Below the pieces are notes generated by a model, which was not told where the DNA came from, did not search any database, and saw nothing but the letters and a program-made list of their open reading frames with translations. The translations under genes were made by a program, and so were the position numbers. From contig CBFDEM010000005.1 of assembly GCA_965603825.1 (NCBI GenBank), positions 186,001-250,000 of the forward strand: 64,000 nucleotides of DNA, read 5' to 3'. Positions 45,601-57,443 of the stretch are shown here, piece by piece. This DNA is from Blepharisma stoltei ATCC 30299. Lineage: Eukaryota > Protista > Ciliophora. The stretch's first letter is position 1. Each line of letters starts with the position of its first letter.

Positions 45601-47429
45601 TATATGTAAGTGAAAATACAGCTAGCTCTGATTTATTGAACGATGCAATGTCATCTATTTTTGCCTTGACAGGACAAACTTCTATAATGTCGTCTGGTAT
45701 GTTTGATATATTTATTGAATACCTTGAAAACTATGAAACTACAAATAACATTATGCCGACTTCTGATACTATAAAATATGCTGTGGATATCACAAATAAT
45801 TACTTGACCTTTGGAGAAACAGTCAGCTTTAATGGTAGCTCAATAGAATCTTATATTGTCAAAACCAATACATTTATACAGCTGTTCGTCAAAAAGTTTA
45901 CATCAAATGATTTAGTATCTCAGCAATCTCTTGGCTCTGATGTAAATACCGACACAATTAGCCTTTATAAGCTTCGAGATTTCCCTACATCATTTTCAAA
46001 CAGCACCTTGAATTTTACTGATCACCGATCCATTAGTTTTCCAAGCTCTCTCCCGTTTAAAGACACAGATATCACTAATCTACGGGCAAATTATTATACA
46101 TATTCAGACGACTATTCAGATGTCGCTGAAATTAGTTTCGGGCTAAGTGGGAATTATTCAAATTACACTCTTATAGTTTCTGATGAAAACGATTATGACT
46201 ATAAAGCTGCTATGAATCCTATTTCAATTGAGCTGCCATTTTATAAAAATGTGTCTATTGCATGGAGGTGTCTTTATTATAACCAAACCACTTCAGCTTG
46301 GCAGTCAGATTCAACCTGCAAAATAAAAGAAGTGAAAAACTCGTCAGTTGTAGTAGAAACCACTCATTTATCTATGTATAAACTTGGAGACACCCCAAAT
46401 GTCCCACCTGATCCATTTATTCCTCCATCTTATAGCTGTGAAGATAACAATTATCCAGCAATTTACATTTTATCAGTGGTTGTTTTTATTGGGATTATTT
46501 TTATTCCTGTAGCAGTTATTGCAGATAGAGCTCAAAATACCCCAGAAATAGCGAAAAAGGGGCAGGAATCTAGCTTAACCCAAAGATACTTAATAAACGA
46601 AACATGCATGACTTCAATGGTCCCTCCAAATTCTCCAAAAGAAATTACCAGTGATCAGAGCTTTGGATCGCCAAGTCAGCTGGTAGAACCTGATGAAGAA
46701 GAAGTAAAAGAAGACAGCCCTCCCAGCAGTGATGATGACGTAGTTAGTATGGGAGACATTGGAATTGATGAGCCGCAATACACTGAAAAATCCCACGCAA
46801 GCGAAATTGAGCCAACAGTAATTCCTGAAGAAATGGCTTCTGCAACTAAAACAGAAAAAAGTCAAGAGCTCAAAAGAAAAGCACTTATTATGATTGAAGG
46901 GCACTTAGCATTTGGACTGGTTTTCTATAGATCAGAATTCAGCAGGGTTTTAAGGCTGCTAACCTTAACTGCTATCATTATATTTGAGCTGTTATTAGAA
47001 GGCCTATTCCTTTATGGATTTGAAACTATTGATGAAGGCTCACAAAAATCATCGACTAAATCAGTTTTTGAGAATTATGAGCCAAATTATTTTGGATATA
47101 CCATTTTGTCAATAGCAATAGCGATGCTAATTGAAGTTTATTTGATTATTGCATTCAGCATAGATAAAAAGAAAACACCTTATATGGCAGCTTCTGGGAT
47201 TTTGGTTGCGGCAACTATTTTATTTGGCTCAATTATTGGGACTGTTTGGCTAAGCTATAAATTTTGCCATGATTGGAATGGATATTGGGCAGCAAGCTTT
47301 TTGTTTGGAATTTTAGTTGAGATTTTTGTCATGCAAACAATTTATATGCTGTTCAGATATCTATTTCTAGAAAATTTGCCGGAGAGTAAAAAGGAAATGA
47401 GCTTAACTAAATCGTTTACTTTAGCCTAA
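39693..47429 (+). CDS. Giant polycystin-1/REJ-like cell-surface receptor, 2578 aa: signal peptide, LamG-like domain, acidic CC repeats, furin-like Cys repeats, REJ, GPS, TM region
   Basis: Five track ORFs lie in one frame joined by TGA=Trp (e.g. LNYTWSC). N-terminal MKFIVLALIPLCVVS; SGAGSYDPD (REJ); ISPDSGQALITSFSI; GPS CLYYN....WQSDSTC.........THLSMY; TM helix; H...L.....FSRVLRL motif before further TMs. Confidence 0.88.
40581..42525 (+). repeat. Protein-level tandem repeat: ~34 units of 17-21 aa, [DE]n-C(x0-2)C-xx[DN]-hIxhxGxhx[DE]
   Basis: e.g. EEKCCKNDLIEIHGSLLD / DGECCSSNLFTISGIILE / DEECCLSDLITIGGMLID / EESCCEDNLVTLQGELYD; the units are diverged at DNA level. Confidence 0.9.
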
Positions 47430-48239
47430 TAAATGGTTTGCTTAATAAAATTGATTAAATATAATAAAAGAGGAGTTATTTGAATTGGATTCTTTTAAAT
47501 CTATAGAAATGTAATGGCAATCTTGTATTTTTTATAAAAAAGTCAACCATATGGCATACAAGTAAATTAAAATATTTAGATGTAGATATTTATTGGGTGA
47601 TTTTCCTATAGACAAAGATCTAATGCATGTCATTAGCATTTGAGATGTCATATTTTAATTTGCAAATTTAGAATTCATATAAAGCGATGCATGAAAAAGA
47701 ATTATTAATTAGATTGTCCATTTTTATATAGTAATTAGAAATTTATAGCTTAGATCGCTCTAAATAACCATTTAAACAATAAATTTACATTTCCATTAGC
47801 CTCCTGCAGAAATATATTTTCTATATTATTGACTTGAAACGTTTATTAAATCCGTAAAAAAATTCAATAAGTTTAATTTTTAATTTAGATCATTAAGTTA
47901 TGTATATTAGCGAACTAAATTAATGCTTAATAGCCTAAAGCACAAACTTTATTCTTAAATAATTATCTCATCTTTTATAATAATAATAATGGAATTCATG
48001 ACGTCAAGCATGAAGGCAATTTCTTCTCCCATATTTGGTTGATAATTCCTATTTTTCACCCATTTTTAGTAGAAAATTTGTCTTATGACAACTTTATCAA
48101 AATTTAGCAGGTATATCAAGCAGTTGCAAAAAAATTTCTTAAAGATGCCAGGAATCTGAATTAATAGATTTTGCTTGTTATAAACCATTAAGGCGTTAAT
48201 ATTATGTTATTAGATAGCATCGAAATAAACTAAAATCTT

Positions 48240-49517
48240 TTATATGACGGTATCCATTGAGTATATAAGTTTATCTTCCGAGATTTTTGGACTTCTCTTT
48301 TCAGATAAGACTTTTGATGAAAATAAAAAGACAGCAGTAAAAAACAAGACAAAAATAGACATGCAAGTTGAGCTTCAATCATAATCTAAAAATTCAACCA
48401 AAATCCCTGCCCCCAGGGATCCAGTAGCTTCTCCCAACAATGCAGCTAAATTCATTATAGAAGACAGCGAGTCTGACAAATGCAGAGAGTCTTCATACCC
48501 ATAAATCGCTAGTGATGATTCGTGCATATAAGGATAAGATGGAACTAAATAGATCTTACTATATGTCATAGAATTCGCAATCCCCAACAACGGGATCGAA
48601 ATTATTATCAAATCCACTTGATTTGGGAGAAATATAGCAGGACCCATCAAGCAAAACGAAACTCCTGTTAAAAATAATCCCACAATCATTAGGATTCTTT
48701 TGTCAAATTTTAATAATCTCGGAAAAATAATTCCGCCGATCGCATAGCACACTGAGTTTACTGAAAAAAGGACCCCAATTATCTCTTGGTCAATCCCGTT
48801 GTGGCTTAAATGCAATGCCATAGATGCAGCCATAAAGCACATTGTATCAAAAACTATAAATTGGATAATCGCGGTCAAACCAATTTGCTAAATAGACTTT
48901 ACTGGTTTTATAAATAGTCTCAAAGTGTCTACCTTTTCATGATGCTGTGCATAAGGCTTTAAATGCCCCAAAGTAAAAAACGTAACGAAGCCTGAGACAA
49001 AAACTACACCACCGACAGTAATAAAAATCGTGATAGCGCCACCAATCATATATAAGCATGTTCCGAATAGAGGCCCACTGACCATTCCTGCACCAATAAA
49101 AGCGTCCATTTCCCCCACAACTTCTCCGACATTGTCTTTGAACTCTGTTATTAAAATTGCGTAGCTTGATGCCCAAAATCCGCCAGCAGCAATCCCATAT
49201 AAAACTCTTGAAATAATGCTAATAATTAAAAATTCTGTTTGAGGGCATAGGAATATAAAGCAGAGTAATATCATGGAAATTCCACAGAGGAATAAGGAGC
49301 CTAAGCATATAAGCTTTCTTCCTATTTTCGACATATATCTTGTTACCAGAAACACTACAGGTATTGAGGTGATAGGAGCGATACTTAATATGACTCCTAT
49401 TGTTCATTGCGAAATGCCTTTGCTTTCAGCAATTCTAGGGTAAAAAGGCCCTAAAACCCCGTATGCAACACAGATTATAAAGCTTCCGAAATTCAGTGAA
49501 AACCTCAAAAAGTTCAT
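48240..49517 (-). CDS. MFS transporter (SLC18B1-like), paralog 1, 415 aa; exons 49517-48903, 48887-48560, 48544-48240
   Basis: GPFYP..AESKGISQW.IG, KIGRK (motif A), SRVLYG, GMVSGPLFG; TGA=Trp; two 15-nt introns. Confidence 0.88.
48545..48559 (-). other. 15-nt stop-less in-frame intron (MFS1 intron 2)
   Basis: GTAAGATCTATTTAG; matches the intron consensus and lies at the same position as GTAAATTTTATTTAG in paralog 2. Confidence 0.75.
48888..48902 (-). other. 15-nt intron (MFS1 intron 1)
   Basis: GTAAAGTCTATTTAG, ending in an in-frame TAG; same position as the intron in paralog 2. Confidence 0.9.
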
Positions 49518-49698
49518 TGTTGTAATAATTTAATTATTATATTCGTCATCTTTAAAATCCCTTTTTATGACGCTCATATTCTTTCCATAATGGCGATAAA
49601 TAATAAATTTTATTTACTAATAAATATCGTTAGATTTATTATATGAATTTTTAATAAATATCGGTTATTAATAAAGTAATATAAAAGCATTTAATCAG

Positions 49699-51015
49699 TT
49701 ATCTGCTTGTTTCCTCATTGATTATTGCAGTATTGTCAACTTCCATCGTCTTCAGTAAATACTCATCAGTATTTTTATTAATATTTTTTTTAACTAATGA
49801 CGCAATATCACATGAATAGGCAAAAATTGGTACAAGTATTAGCACAAGTGCCAATATAATGCCAGCGCTGTGTTGGTATGTGATAAAGTCTACCAAAATT
49901 CCAGAAACAACCGCTCCTAGAATTTCTCCAATAGACATCGAAAAATTCGAAATTGAAGAGAGGGTGTCGCTTAAAGGCAAATTATCTGTATAGCCATATT
50001 TTGATACTGCAACTTCCGCCATATAGGAATAAGAAGGGACTAAATAAAATTTACCAAAAGCTAGAGCACACATTATCCCTAATAAAGGAATACTAATAAT
50101 AACTATTTGCACATCATCTGGGAATATAATTGAAGGCCCCATCATGCTCATAGCAAACCCGATCCCAGATAATCCTACAAGCATGATAATTCTTTTGTCT
50201 ACTCTCGTGATTTTTGAAAAAACTATGCTTCCAACGCCATTACAAAAATAGAACGCTGTAAAAAGAAAGCCGATATTTTCTTGGCTTACGCCATATCCGT
50301 CTAAGTGGACTGAAATAGAAGCAGACATAAAATACATAGAAGCATAGACAAATAGTTGGATGTCTGCTGCAAGAAATATTTGCTATATAAACCTTACAGG
50401 TCTTTTTCATAATCTGAAAAGCTCTAATTTTTCGTGTTCTTCTATGGAACTATGAAGATTGCCCAAGGTAAAATAAGCTAAAGGGATATAAATTATAAAA
50501 ACAGCACCAGAAACTATGTAGGCTACTGAAACCCCCCCGATTAAGTACAAAACTGTTCCTAGTAAAGGGCCGATTACACTGCCAATTCCTGAGTGAGCGC
50601 TTATTTCACCAATCACTTCTTGTGCTTGATCTTTGAATTCAGAGGTAGCAATTGCTAGGCCAGATCCCCATAGAAACCCAACACCTACTCCATAAAAGAA
50701 TCTAGATAAAAAACTCAACGCAATAAATTCGTCCCTATTGCAGTCTGCAGCAAAAGGGAGAATGATCATTGAGATGCCTTGAATTAGAGAAGAAAAGAGA
50801 AAAATAAATTTTCTCCCCACTTTGTGTTGAATCTTATTGTTGAGCCAAATTGAAGGAACGCCTGTCATTGGAACAATGCTGAAAATAAGTCCGATTATTC
50901 ATAAGCTTACATGGTTATCTCTTGCTTGTAGGGGATAGAACGGTTGAAATACCCCATAAGCCACTGAAGAGAGGAAAAAACTGATGCCAAGCGATATTTT
51001 CTTTATATTCAACAT
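49699..51015 (-). CDS. MFS transporter (SLC18B1-like), paralog 2, 428 aa; exons 51015-50398, 50382-50055, 50039-49699
   Basis: QPFYP...SLWIIG, KVGRK, SRFFYG, GSVIGPLLG; colinear with paralog 1. Confidence 0.88.
50040..50054 (-). other. 15-nt stop-less in-frame intron (MFS2 intron 2)
   Basis: GTAAATTTTATTTAG; removal gives AF-VPSYSYM. Confidence 0.75.
50383..50397 (-). other. 15-nt intron (MFS2 intron 1)
   Basis: GTAAGGTTTATATAG with an in-frame TAG; removal gives RP|QIF. Confidence 0.9.
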
Positions 51016-51804
51016 TTTATATTATTCCCATATTGTGGCATATTTAATAAACTTTTAGCAATGAAATTAGATTTCATCATTAAGATTTTGAATTTGAGTC
51101 TACAACTTAAAATCGACAAAGCAATCTTAATAACAATTAAATCAACATGCTAATGGAGATAATAATTTATCTAAAATCTATTAAGCATCTTTCATCTCAT
51201 AAATATCAAAATATCAAGATTTAATCGAAAATGAACTGTCTGAAAGAGCAAGAATTATTTTTATGCCAACAGATGCTACTAATTTCTTATTGGAATAGTT
51301 TTGATTTTCTTTAAGAAATCTTAGGAGTATTTGTTCGCTTTTTAATCAATCAGATTTAGCGAATATTTGCATAAAGGCTTAAAGCTGATTTAAGCACTTA
51401 TCTTAAGGAAATTTTAGATATTTTTAAAATAATTTAATAAAAAGTTGGAAATTTTTGCATTTCTTATGATTTTAAGCGAATAGAAATTTCTAATAATAAT
51501 CAATTTTCCCATAATCTTATTTCATCTTTTAATTCTCAAAATCAGTGAAACAAGTAAATTTCTGGATTAACATTATGAAGGCACGCTTACAGATTAAATT
51601 CTGAATTCATAAATTTACTTTACTAATATAAATTTCCATTAAAGGATCATCTTTTATTTTAGTGACTTAATTTATAAAAGTTGAACTTGCTTCTTGTTCT
51701 TAAAAAATTACTGAATTTCATAAATTCTTTTTATTCTGCCCTGCTTTTTTTTTAGACTGACTAAATAAAAGTATTATAAGGATAACATATTGTTTAATAC
51801 CAGG

Positions 51805-53934
51805 ATGGTAGAATCTATAGATGAATGATGGCAAGAAGAATTTATGGAAAACTTAAATAACTTCAAATTAGTATGTGTCTTTATTTCAATAGTGGTGAAT
51901 ATATTGAAGTTCGGACTCATGCTATGATACGGTAAAGGTTTTGTTATAACACCGTCAAGCATGGCCTTATCAGGGGTTACAGTAGTATTTATCGCAGCGA
52001 TTTATCACATGAAGCTGAAGTATAATCGTATTACTGTTTTCTCAGCAACTATTTTCCTTGAGATATTGACTTTTATGATGTTCTATTCAGCCCATTATTT
52101 GGAAACAGAATCCTATAATATTTTGCTGATGGAATCGACATTTGCAACAGTTTTCTTCGAGTGTACTTTTTTTAGATCTTTATGAATAAACGTTTTTATT
52201 CTAATAAAGCATATCACGCTCTGACATGCATGGGAAATGATTTTTGAAGGACCTGGAATTACAGGGTCAGCTCAGATTATTTCCATAGTCACTATAATCA
52301 CTATGTTTATTTCACGGGAATTTCTGGCAAGAAAGATAAGCTATGGTAGATATTCGTATAGAAAGAAACTGGAAGTTACAGAAAAAAGACTGCAGATAAT
52401 ACTCCAAGCTTTTCCAGATGGACTCATTATATTAAATTCTAAACTAATCCCTGAGCTTGTAAATGAAAAAATGTTACAGTTTTTAGGATGCAACTTTGAA
52501 AATATAATGGAAACCTTATCAAAACTTGAATATGCCAAAGGCAAAAAACTACAAAATCTAAACACATTCTCTCACAATTTAATGGAAGACCTGAAATCTT
52601 ATGATTTACAAGAAAGCGGGGAGCTTAATTTAGGAATAATTGAGTTCAGAAATTATATCCTGCAGTGAAAAGTCAAAAAAATTAAATTTGATGGCAACCA
52701 TATTATATTAATTAGCGCTGCTAATTCAGAGCAGCTTATAAAACTTGAACAAACACAAGCTGAAAACAGATGCAAATCATATATGCTTAGAACAATTTCT
52801 CATGAACTAAGAACACCGATTTCGGCAATTATCACTTTTGCAGACCAAGCTAAAGAAGATATAGTGAATCCAGAGACCTTAGAAAAGTTATCACACATTC
52901 GCACTTCTGGGAATATTTTATTAAATTTTATTAACGATATTTTAGATTACATACAAATTACACAAGGAATGTTTGCACTAAACAAAACAAAATTCAATAT
53001 AAGGGACAAAATTAATGAGTGCTGTAATCAATTTGGATTCATGGCTAAGAGAAAAGGTATCAACTTTACTGTGAGGATCGATCCTTCTGTTCCGGATGAG
53101 ATTTTTACTGATCCTGAGCGATTGAACCAAGTCTTGATGAATTTTTTGAGCAATGCAATCAAATTCACAAGCAAAGGATCAATAGAACTCAGCGCTATTT
53201 TAGCAGAAGATGATAGGCTAAAATTCTGTATCAGCGATACAGGCATTGGGATTCCTGAGCAAAGATATAAGCAACTTTTTGAATTATTTAAAAATCATAA
53301 TTCTGAAGAAATTGCTTCCCATGGGTGCGGACTAGGGTTACATTTGTCTAGCTTGATCATCAAGGTTCTTGGTGGCGGGAAAATCTTTGTGACATCCTCT
53401 CTAGGAAAAGGGACTGTTTTTTCATTCAAAATTGATATTTTCCTTGAGAATTCAAAACAATTGATAAATTTAGATTTTATGGAGGATCTATTAGACCCAA
53501 TTAATCCTGTAAAAGTACTTGCCAAAAATTCTACTCATAACTATCCAAAAGTTCTTATAGTAGATGACAATGATTTTAACAGAGAAGTCTTAGCAAGCTT
53601 ACTACAGAGGAATAAAATTCAATACATAGAAGCAATTAATGGCAAAAAAGCTGTAAAAGCAGTCTTAAAGCAGGACAAAAAAAAGATCCCAATTAAATTG
53701 GTCATTATGGACTGCAGTATGCCAGTCATGGACGGCTGAGAAGCGACTAAAGAAATCAAAAGATTATGGGATACTGGAAAATTAAGTCATATGCCCGCTA
53801 TTGTAGGGCATACAGCTTATAACTCTGATAAAGATGTCACCATGTGCTACGCATCAGGAATGGTTTCGTTCATCGCAAAACCAGCAAGTCCAGATATAAT
53901 TTTGAAAACTGTTTCACAATATGTGCAATTTTAA
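51805..53934 (+). CDS. Hybrid sensor histidine kinase (TM region, PAS-like, HisKA, HATPase, receiver), 709 aa
   Basis: ISHELRTP (H box), NFLSNAIKFT (N), DTGIGI (G1), GCGLGL (G2); receiver VDDN...MDCSMPVMDGWEAT...HTAY...KP. One frame with TGA=Trp; the start ATG is less certain. Confidence 0.92.
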
Positions 53935-54035
53935 TATATATTATTTGTTTATAATTAAAAGAATTTTATTTAACTTTATTTTTAAACAATAATATGATAC
54001 ACAGAACAATTGTCATAAAATTTGCTAACTTTAAA

Positions 54036-54755
54036 CTAGTATTTAGTTGGGCTTGTTTCTCTTTCACAAAAAATTTGGTCAAAATTATCGTTATGTCAGG
54101 AAAGTTCAACGTCTTCTTTAGGATTATTTTCCACTACTGATCAAATATATGCATCAATAGGATCCCATATTGCTTTATTCCATCTCCCCGACTCGCATAT
54201 TTCTTCTACCATCAAGTTGTAGTTTTTTTTAGTTTTAGGGTAAGGCTGCGATATTAGTTGATTATGCTTAATATTTAGTTGAAGAATATCAGGCTCAATT
54301 GAATCAGACATAAGAGTCCAATAATCAAAATTTGAAGCAAATTCAGGAACCATCAGACTCAAAATGAATTCAATTGACTCAACGTCATCGTTTAGAGCTT
54401 TTTTGGAGTTTAATCCTGTGAAAAGAAGAACATAAATAGGGTTGTTATTTCTTTCAGTTAATGACGCAGTTTCTATCAAGAAGCTTCAGTATATTATTTC
54501 AACTTCATTAAGCAGCAAAATATCAGCTACTTGGTTGATAATAATATATGAATCTGAAAGCATTTCTCGTACTTCAGGTGTTCTTGAAAGAGCATGAAGT
54601 AAAAACTGCCTTTTATAAGTTACGCCTTCCTCAAGAAAGGTTTTTCTGATTGAAACATACTTATTATACAAACCATTATGGGAAAGTTCACTATCAAAGA
54701 TTTGGCTCAAATGGCTGATTAAAGCAGTTCCATATTTTTGGCTTTGGTTAATCAT
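54036..54755 (-). CDS. Hypothetical protein, 239 aa
   Basis: Two track ORFs join through TGA; the frame ends at TAG 54036-54038. Confidence 0.65.
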
Positions 54756-55324
54756 GATTTTAATTATTATAAGCCACCAAAATATGGTGAGTCCTGAAAA
54801 GGCAAATGATTAGTGAGTTGCCCAAGAGATTTTCCCTAGAAGTATTGTGTAAATTGAAAGGAGCTGCAACAAATAAAAAGCTTAGACCTTATCTTCGACT
54901 TTAAAGCAACAAAAAAAAATAATTAATTTTTTATAAAGTCTTGATTCCTGGGCTGTCTTCTTAATTTGTGAATTTCTTTCTTTATTTTGCTTTAATTTTA
55001 GCAACAAATGCTTCTTACATTTTCTGGGGTTACGCAATTAATTAATATTTGATTCAGTAAATGAAATCACTGCTTCAAATATTTTCAACAGTAGAAATAC
55101 AATTAATTTATCTCAAGCCTACGACATTTAAGGGAAGAGCTGTTCAATTTATTCACCTTAAAAAAATATAATAAAGTTATAAATAAGCAATATATTCGAG
55201 CATTTCTTAAACATTATTTAAAAAATTATTAAAAACATAAAACCTCACGTATTTTCAGATAAGGTTTACCCAATAACTATTATAATTTTTTTAGTCACAG
55301 CTTATATATAAACTCAGCATTAAT

Positions 55325-56200
55325 TTATTTTATTTCTGCTGGCATATTAAGAAACTCACTAAATTCTTGACTTTTTTCGTGGTATCGATACTTCAAAACA
55401 TAATTCAAAAACTTTTCCATGTCGATTTTTCTTTTCTGGAGGAGCTCTTCATTAAATTGACTTTTCAGTGAGACTAAATTAAATAGCGAAAAAGTCTTCC
55501 CAGGAAAGTACAATTTTTTTAATTCAGGAAATTGCAAGACTAAGCTTTTTCTGATATTGTCTAATTGAGAGTATCTGAATTTTATTTTCCAGGAAAACCC
55601 ATCTCTTCTTGTGACAGTCACTGTGTACTGGGTGAATAATTCGTTGTTTTTTACTGCTGACTCATAATCTGTGATTTCAGCATTATATTCCTTAAGACAT
55701 TCAAGGCCGTAATATGTCAATTTTAAGCATACAATTGGCTCTGAATAGTGATCTGGGTCCTCAACTTTTATTTCATTGCAAAATGGCTTGATAATTTGTG
55801 ATTCTTCAAAAGAATCTCCGCAATTTAAATCTTGCTCAAGCTTTATTCACAATGTGGTTTCTTCAATGAATTGCTTTATCAGCTCTCTAGGAATCGCAAA
55901 GCCAGCTAGCATTATGTCGCCATCAAATTCATCTCGATCCATAAGACAACATTTTAGTGGCTTTTGGCTGTCTCCTGAGATTTCAAAAGTTTCGTCCCAA
56001 TGCACTGTATTTGAAACATTTTTGGCAATTGTTGAGTAAGATCGAGACCCAGTTGAGATTTTTACATATGGTGTGAATTGTGAGCAATTCTCTGAGAAAG
56101 AGCCCAAGTTTCTAGCTTCAGACACTTTTACTAAGAGATAAGGGAACTTATTAAAGCCAATTTCAGATGAGAAATCCGTTGTAGTAACACTTGAAACCAT
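55325..56200 (-). CDS. C2-domain plus PX-domain lipid-binding protein, 291 aa
   Basis: C2 (LLVKVSEARNL, PYVKI, WDETFEI, DRDEFDGD), TGA=Trp at 55847, then PX (YTVTV...WKIKFRYSQL...FPGK...LQKRKIDMEKFL). Confidence 0.85.
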
Positions 56201-56324
56201 TGCTATACTTTTGTAATACTCTTTTAAGAGTATTTGAAAAAATTATCTTAGCTTAAATAACAAAAATCAATCATCAGAAAATTACAAGTAATATATAATA
56301 TATTAAAGCCACATCTTTAAAAGA

Positions 56325-56684
56325 ATGGGAAACAGAACAAGCAACATTCCAACCCAAGTTCCATACGGAAATGATCACATGAGGATGCAAAAGCCAAAAG
56401 ATCTGGAAATCAATAATGAGTTTGAATCTCCAAGGAAAGGCATGGCCCGGCCTCAGACCATGCCTTCCTCACCCAACTACCATCAGTCAGAGTTTGAAAG
56501 CCCAAGCAAGATTTATTCACCAAGGTTGCTTGGCAGAGTTTTTAGCCAGCTATCCCCACAAGCAATGACAAAAGCCTTTCATTTCCCTGACGAAGACCCA
56601 ATTGATGCTGCCGGATATCATCACCGACAAGTTTCGAAGCATCAACTATTCCAAGCTGAGGTTTACCATGAAACATTTAATTAG
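56325..56684 (+). CDS. Small hypothetical protein (119 aa) with an N-myristoylation motif
   Basis: MGNRTS N-terminus; repeated EFESP[RS]K; TAG stop. Confidence 0.65.
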   Translation: MGNRTSNIPTQVPYGNDHMRMQKPKDLEINNEFESPRKGMARPQTMPSSPNYHQSEFESPSKIYSPRLLGRVFSQLSPQAMTKAFHFPDEDPIDAAGYHHRQVSKHQLFQAEVYHETFN

Positions 56685-56991
56685 TTCTTTAAGTTAGAAA
56701 CTATTTGGCACTTCTGATTTAAATTTCTTCCCTTCCAAATAGCAGTTTCAGAAAATCTTTGAACCAAATTAATTTGTGGAATCATGCTAGAAAATCAACA
56801 TATTTAAAATGGAGGTGGAATTAATTATCCAAAAGAAAATAAATTTCTGCGCCAGATCTGCCACGAATTATTGAAAAATCAGTTATATTTTTACATTAAT
56901 TAAAAGTCTCATAAAATTAAGGAGATTACAATTTAAATAAATTTTGTCAACTAAATGGAGTTATAAATATAATTTAAGGAAGAGACTCATA

Positions 56992-57420
56992 ATGGCCAAC
57001 ATGATAATGAGGCATACGACTATTTCACCAGTGAAATCAAGAGTAAACGATTGCACCGATCTCCTGAGCTTAAATTATATTTCTTCGAATCCGGTCAGAA
57101 AGGGATTCGAATATTCGAGCGAAAACAATTTCCAGTATTTTTCAAGAGCTGGAAATTCTTCAAAACATTCTCATAAGAAATCTTTCGATTTTTCAGGCAA
57201 TAGCTTTGTTTCTGATGATCTAAAGAATAAAGTACTTTTTATTTAGATTTCAAGTCTTTTTGGTTCCCATAAACAAATTATGAATGAGCTATTAAATGAT
57301 AAATCGTCTTATAATCAGCTTGATATTCAAGAAAAGTTGAAAGAATTGAGCTTACAAAATTCCAAATTGGTATTGGAAAATATTGCATTGAAAAAGAAAT
57401 TAGCTAATCATCATTATTAA
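56992..57420 (+). CDS. Hypothetical protein with C-terminal coiled coil, 137 aa; exons 56992-57231 and 57247-57420
   Basis: ATG 56992; a 15-nt intron removes TAG 57244, and the frame continues as a leucine-zipper-like LKELSLQNSKLVLENIALKKKL to TAA. Confidence 0.7.
57232..57246 (+). other. 15-nt spliceosomal intron
   Basis: GTACTTTTTATTTAG; A at -6; coding-like frame continues after it. Confidence 0.8.
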
Positions 57421-57443
57421 AACATGTTTATAATTATATTTGA

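Noticed and set aside
51805-53934. Histidine kinase as bacterial contamination or recent HGT
   Set aside because: It uses TGA=Trp, has host-like composition and is flanked by host genes, including intron-containing ones.
54801-54822. GGCAA-ATGATTAGTGAG-TTGCC hairpin resembling a K-loop or C/D box
   Set aside because: Imperfect box C, no clear box D or guide region; too short to support an snoRNA call.
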